The translations under genes and the position numbers were made by a program. DNA of 64,000 nucleotides from the NCBI GenBank assembly GCA_039621445.1, contig CP154954.1, positions 5,987,693 to 6,051,692 of the forward strand, read 5' to 3'. The first letter of the stretch is position 1. Every line of letters starts with the position of its first letter. The notes under the pieces were generated by a model. The model was given only the letters and a program-made list of their open reading frames with translations. It was not told the origin of the DNA and did not search any database. Source of the stretch: Euglena gracilis. Lineage: Eukaryota. Positions 59,569 to 64,000 of the stretch are shown here, piece after piece.

Positions 59569-61538
59569 AAGAAGAAGAAGAAGAAGAAGAAGAAGAAGAA
59601 GAAGAAGAAGAAGAAGAAGAAGAAGAAGAAGAAGAAGAAGAAGAAAAAGAAGAAAAAGAAGAAGTATAAACAGCTTGCAAACTTGCAGAGGAAGTGACTT
59701 TAGGGCTTGGAATGTTAATTGGAAATACAAAGCAAACACCAGCGGCCAGTCTATCCGGGCGCCGGCCTCACCGCGGCACTGGAACGTGAGGTGGCCTGTG
59801 GCGCCGCAGCGCTTGCACGTCCCCTTCGTAGCCGCCACCTGCCCCGCCCAGGGGTTTTCTTACGGACCTGGGGGGGGGGGGGTCCCATGGGCCAGCTGGA
59901 AGAAGGAGTTGGCTGGACCCCCCCTGGGGGTGGGGGTCCAGTGGGGGGGGTCCAGCCAGCTGGAAGCTGGACCCGGCAGGTATCCCAAAAAAAAAAGCCA
60001 AAAAAGCCGAAAGCCAGCTGGGTTTGAATTTTTCAGCCAAAATTTGGAGGAAAAACCCCAAACCCACCCAAAAACGCCATTTCCCACCATTTATCATTTT
60101 TCAAGCATTTTTCTGGCTTCTTCGCCGGCTGGCCTGAACTTTCTGTCAGCGGACCCCCGGGGGGGGGGGGGGGGGCTGGGAGGTGCTGGCTGGAAAAAAG
60201 GTGCTGGCTCCCGGGGGGGTAGGGTCCCCTCCAGCTTTAGAAAACCCCTGGCCCCGCCGCCGCGGCGTGTGTCTTCGCCAGGCTGAGCAGCCCCTTGTGG
60301 TGCCAGGGCGGAGGGGCCCCAGGCTGGGGAGGGGGGACAACAATGACAGGAAAAAAAATGACGGGGAAAATGACGGGAAAAATTGACAGAAAAAAAGGAC
60401 TGGAAAAAACCATATGAAAAAAAAAATGGCAAGAAAAAAGACGGGAGAAACTGATGGAAAAAAACTGACGGAAAAAAACTGATGGGAAAAAATGACAGGA
60501 AGAAAAGATGCGAAGAAATGACGAGAAATACTGGATGGATCTTTGTTTCCCGTCATCTTTGTTTCCCGTCATCTTTGCCCAGACACACTTCAAAAACGTT
60601 TCCACACACAACGTCACCCACCAACGAGTCATCCAATGAATCATCTAGTGGATCAGTGGCACAAAGCAAAAGATGGTAAATTGGCAGTAATCAAACATAA
60701 ATCATCAGGTTGGTTCAGGTTTGATAAAAGGGCAGGTGGGGGACACCCCCCCCCACCTAAACAGTGGCACGGTCTGGGAGTCGCTGATTTTGGCCCAGCA
60801 CCAAGCGCCAGACCGAAAATTTTTGCCCACCAAAAACGGCCATTTTGGGCAATTTTTGGGCAAAAATTTGTCAAAAAATGCAAAACAAAAAAAAAAAGGC
60901 GCAAAGCGCCAGAAGGAAAAGTTGACCTTTGGGGGGGGGTCCCGGTTACCCCCCCCCCCCGGTCGGTCCAGACCCCTCTTGGCAGGTGGGCCCCTCCGGT
61001 CCAGGAGGGCCCGTGTAAACCCCGAACACCCTCCTTATATCAAACCCTGGTCGGGTTGCAGGTTGTTTAAAAATCGGACTTCAAAATGCGTTGCACCGTC
61101 CCCTTTTTCTGAACATCCATCCCCAACTGTCCTCAAATTCTATGACAACCCATTTCAATTATCCTCCCCCCACCTCCCCACCTGGGGTAACTGTCCTCAA
61201 TGAGAGACTGCCCTGGAACAATTGTACTTAACAACATGACCTGCGTGTCCTTCCGAAGGGTGGTCACAAGGGTGACAAAAATTTAGGTTTATGCGGGATT
61301 CCATCCTGTCGAAATGAAAGTGGGAAAGGTAGGCTGGGTTGCGTGCCAAAAAAGGGACACTCGCACATTCCGACCGGCCCCGCCCTGCGCACGTGTCGTA
61401 GGCACTGCTGCCCGCGGCCTGGCCCTCCGCGGCGGGCTTCGCGGTGGCGCCCATCGTCTGCCACACCGCGTCGCCCCCGCTGGCGGAGGACATGTCGAGG
61501 TAGTTGTTGCGCCAGAAGTCCGGGGCGTACTTCGGCAT
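52582..61538 (-). CDS. CCHC zinc-knuckle protein, CAX-interacting protein 4 (CXIP4)/SREK1IP1-like, with Ser/Lys-rich tail
   Basis: Exons 61391-61538, 60254-60298, 59773-59843, ~58619-58744 join to ...AVWQTMG...AYDTYKGLLSLAKTH...KGTCKRCGATGHLTFQCRNH. Approximate later exons: ~57710-57776, ~55555-55740, ~55005-55120, ~53950-54050, ~53562-53695, 52582-52712 (SSSSGDRKRRAKKKRRKEKKK...*). Confidence 0.8.
56260..56582. mobile_element. Inverted-terminus element with subterminal (GGCACTGCGT)n repeats
   Basis: GGGGATGCCCACCC / GGGTGGGCATCCCC with ~80-bp inverted arms; architecture like 26632-27280. Confidence 0.7.
58120..58584. mobile_element. hAT-like MITE nested inside an intron
   Basis: Perfect 8-bp flanking repeat CGTGGGAC (58112-58119, 58585-58592); degenerate right TIR; interior homologous to 7946-8319. 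Confidence 0.75.
59407..59664. repeat. Compound microsatellite (AGAATC)n + (AAG)n
   Basis: Tandem arrays at 59407-59512 and 59539-59664. Confidence 0.97.
59849..60250. mobile_element. 402-bp hAT-like MITE forming intron 2 (59844-60253) of the CXIP4-like gene
   Basis: 12-bp perfect TIR CAGGGGTTTTCT; perfect TSD GCCCCGCC at 59841-59848 and 60251-60258; removal restores AKTHAAAAGQVAATKGTCKRC. Confidence 0.92.
60716..61049. mobile_element. MITE of the CAGGGTTCGATATAA family, degenerate
   Basis: CAGGTTTGATAAAAGG ... CCTTATATCAAACCCTG; flanks match 5/8. Confidence 0.65.
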
Positions 61539-61568
61539 GGCGCCCGGGGGAGGGGGAGGGGTGCCTGC

Positions 61569-61599
<31 letters not shown>

Positions 61600-63599
61600 G
61601 GGGGGGCGGGAAGGGGTGGGGGAGTGAGTACTGCGCCTGCTGGGACTGGAGGACACTTTTCAACTCTTTTTTTTTTCAGGAACAAAATCTTGAATTGCCG
61701 TGTTTTTTAAATTAGAATAGGGAACAGGAGAGAGTCAGAGGTAATGCAACGGTTTTTCACAGACTCAATTGCCGCAGCCCATATGGGGCCCAGGAAATGG
61801 GTCTTTTGTCACGTTTAACTTTTAATGATTCATCGTGTGCAAGTATTCACATAATTGCAGCAAATCCATCAGCTGAATGCGCAAAGGAATCACTGGCGCA
61901 ATCGTGGAAAACCTCCACTTTGTTCCCGCTGTTGTGCAAGTAGTCCTGTGCCAGGCTCCTTTTAAAGGAAGTTCACCCCCAGGGGTGGATGCTGTGGGCA
62001 GGTAGGGGGGGCAGGACACTTTCGACCCCCGGAGGGGTCAGGTTTTTGGGGTGTTTCTGTTATTGAGCCCACGGCGCGGGGGCCTGAAAATGGTCATTTT
62101 CAAGGGAAAATTGGAAAGTTGGTAAGCACCGGGACACAACGCCGAGCTCCGGAGGTTGGGGGTTTCTGTGGGACGGCAACCCATGGCACAAGGCTACCCC
62201 CCCTCTCCCCCAGGTTGGAAAAAAGAAGCCTGCCGTATGCGCATTTGAGCGAATAGTCCCTTTGCGCGATTGTGCAACCAACATTTTAAGTCGAAGTCAA
62301 TGGTATCGTCCAGCGCTCGGTCTCACCTGCCCCAAATCGCTCCGGCAACTCTCCCGAAACTAGGTTGCTCGTTATGGATTTGCGTCTTGTAAACCCCGCA
62401 GGTGCATATGCAAGTGTCTTGTCCATTGCCTCGGGTATCTGGTGCAACAACTGAGACACTTTTTTGACCAACTCAGATGTACTGTACAAACACTTCCACT
62501 TATGAACGCCACTCACAGAACGCCGCTCCCCACTAGGGTGTTTTTATCGACCCCCCCGCTCACAGAGGTTCCAGCTCAGAGGCTGGAACATCTGGCTGAC
62601 CCCCCTCCACCCCCCCCCAGGGGTCCGGGGTCCGGGGTCGAACCAGGTACCAAAAAGAATCGAAACTGCAAAAATGTCCAAAAAAACTGACAATTACTTC
62701 TCAGCCCTTTTCCAACCCATTTTCGCCCATTTTTGACCTATTTTGTGGTCAAAAATGTCGAAATTCCAGAGGAGCATTGAATCTTCTCGATAAAACCCCA
62801 TCAGGGTCGAACACCAAGCCGCACTCTGTAACAATGAGGGAGTTGTAAGTGGGGCAGGATTTGACACACTGAAATCCAGACTTTCCTGGATTCTGTAGTC
62901 TTCCTTATTCTGCAGTTAGCTGTGCAGATTATTCAAAGGCCATTGTTTTCTTTCTTTCACGGTTTGGGAGACACAGTGGAGTGCAACTGAGGACATTTCA
63001 TCCGTCGGGGGAATTTTTTCCACGCAAAACATATTACTGGCAATGCAGACTCCCCAGCAACGGTTGAAGAATACACCCATGTTCAACTCCGCACTTCAGG
63101 CAGCAATGAATTATGAGAGCCCTAACTTGCCGCAAACCAAGAACACAATTGAGCACGTGAACCCTTGCTGGTGCCCACTGGAGCCAGTGTGATTGGGTCG
63201 CAGAGGATTTGTGCCAACGGCGCACCCGTCGCAGGGCAGGAGGCTGTGTTGGCCGGAACACAGGATTGGCAAACAGGAGGCAATTACTGCCATTCGCCCC
63301 CCCCCCCCCGACACCATGGACATGGTAGAGATATCTAGATAGACAGAGCATGGACATGGCCATGCTCAGGCCGTGGCTTGGCGTGTACCGGCCCAAATGC
63401 CTGCCCAACACCCTCCCCGTGTCTCGCCACGGCTACACTGTACACCGCACTGATGCTCGCGCAGTCCCCTGCCCTGCCACGCTCCATCCGCCAATGGACT
63501 GTGGGGGGAGGGCAGCCCACAGCTCTTGGATGGCACGCGGAGCTGCAGTGGCAAGCGGAAGCCGGCGGACCGCACTGGTCAGTGAGAGGGCAGGGGAGG

Positions 63600-63775
63600 T
63601 CAGAAGGCCAGGGCGGTGGCGAGGGTCACGCCGGCGGCGGTGTGGCCGGCGAACAGCCGCTGCAACCCGTCCTCCGTCCCAAGCCGGTACTCCCGCTCCT
63701 CGGGGGGCACCGCCCGGCCTGGGGCATGCCCATCCCGCCAGGCTGCACGCTGTTGGCCCCAAGACGGAGTGCATG
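63600..63775 (-). CDS. Probable terminal exon of a gene entering from the right edge
   Basis: GC-rich frame QQRAAWRDGHAPGRAVPPEEREYRLGTEDGLQRLFAGHTAAGVTLATALAF* followed by UTR-like sequence; no product recognised. Confidence 0.4.
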
Positions 63776-64000
63776 GGAAGATCTGGTGGGGGAGACGGTG
63801 GACTCTGCCACCAGGGGGGGGGGTCCAGAAAAAAAACGCAAAAATACAGGTTTTTTGCCCAAAAAAAAATCGGGAAAAAAAACGCGCCAAACACAAAAAT
63901 GAACGCGCCAAAAAAAGGCATTCATCGGGGTCCATTCAAAAACCAAAGCTCAGGGGGCAAGAAGAGTCAGGCGGGACAAACAGATGGTCCACCGCACCGG

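Noticed and set aside
59165-60286. 359-aa and 222-aa ORFs with poly-R/L/S and IR repeats
   Set aside because: Produced by (AGAATC)n and (AAG)n; only 59773-59843 and 60254-60298 are coding, on the minus strand.

Overview
Repeat-rich eukaryotic nuclear DNA, inferred to be euglenid (Euglena-like). The basis is short GC-rich exons, TTAGGG-type repeats, pyrimidine-AG acceptors just before start codons, and mostly non-GT-AG introns with paired ends (CAG at +4..+6, CTG at -8..-6). All recognisable genes are on the minus strand: (1) an O-fucosyltransferase-like gene running off the left edge; (2) a fully reconstructed 11-exon NAD(P)-binding atypical SDR gene (278 aa; 9 of 10 introns non-canonical); (3) a Pro-rich/coiled-coil gene; (4) a CXIP4-like zinc-knuckle gene; (5) a probable last exon of another gene. 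Main finding: several non-canonical introns are intact MITEs with CAG...CTG terminal inverted repeats (TIRs) and 8-bp target-site duplications (TSDs), the hAT signature. The splice that restores the frame removes the element plus 3 nt and 5 nt of flank, which is exactly one 8-bp TSD. The same families occur as introns in unrelated genes and as free or nested copies, suggesting hAT-type introners as the source of these introns. All gene models were built by hand without RNA data.
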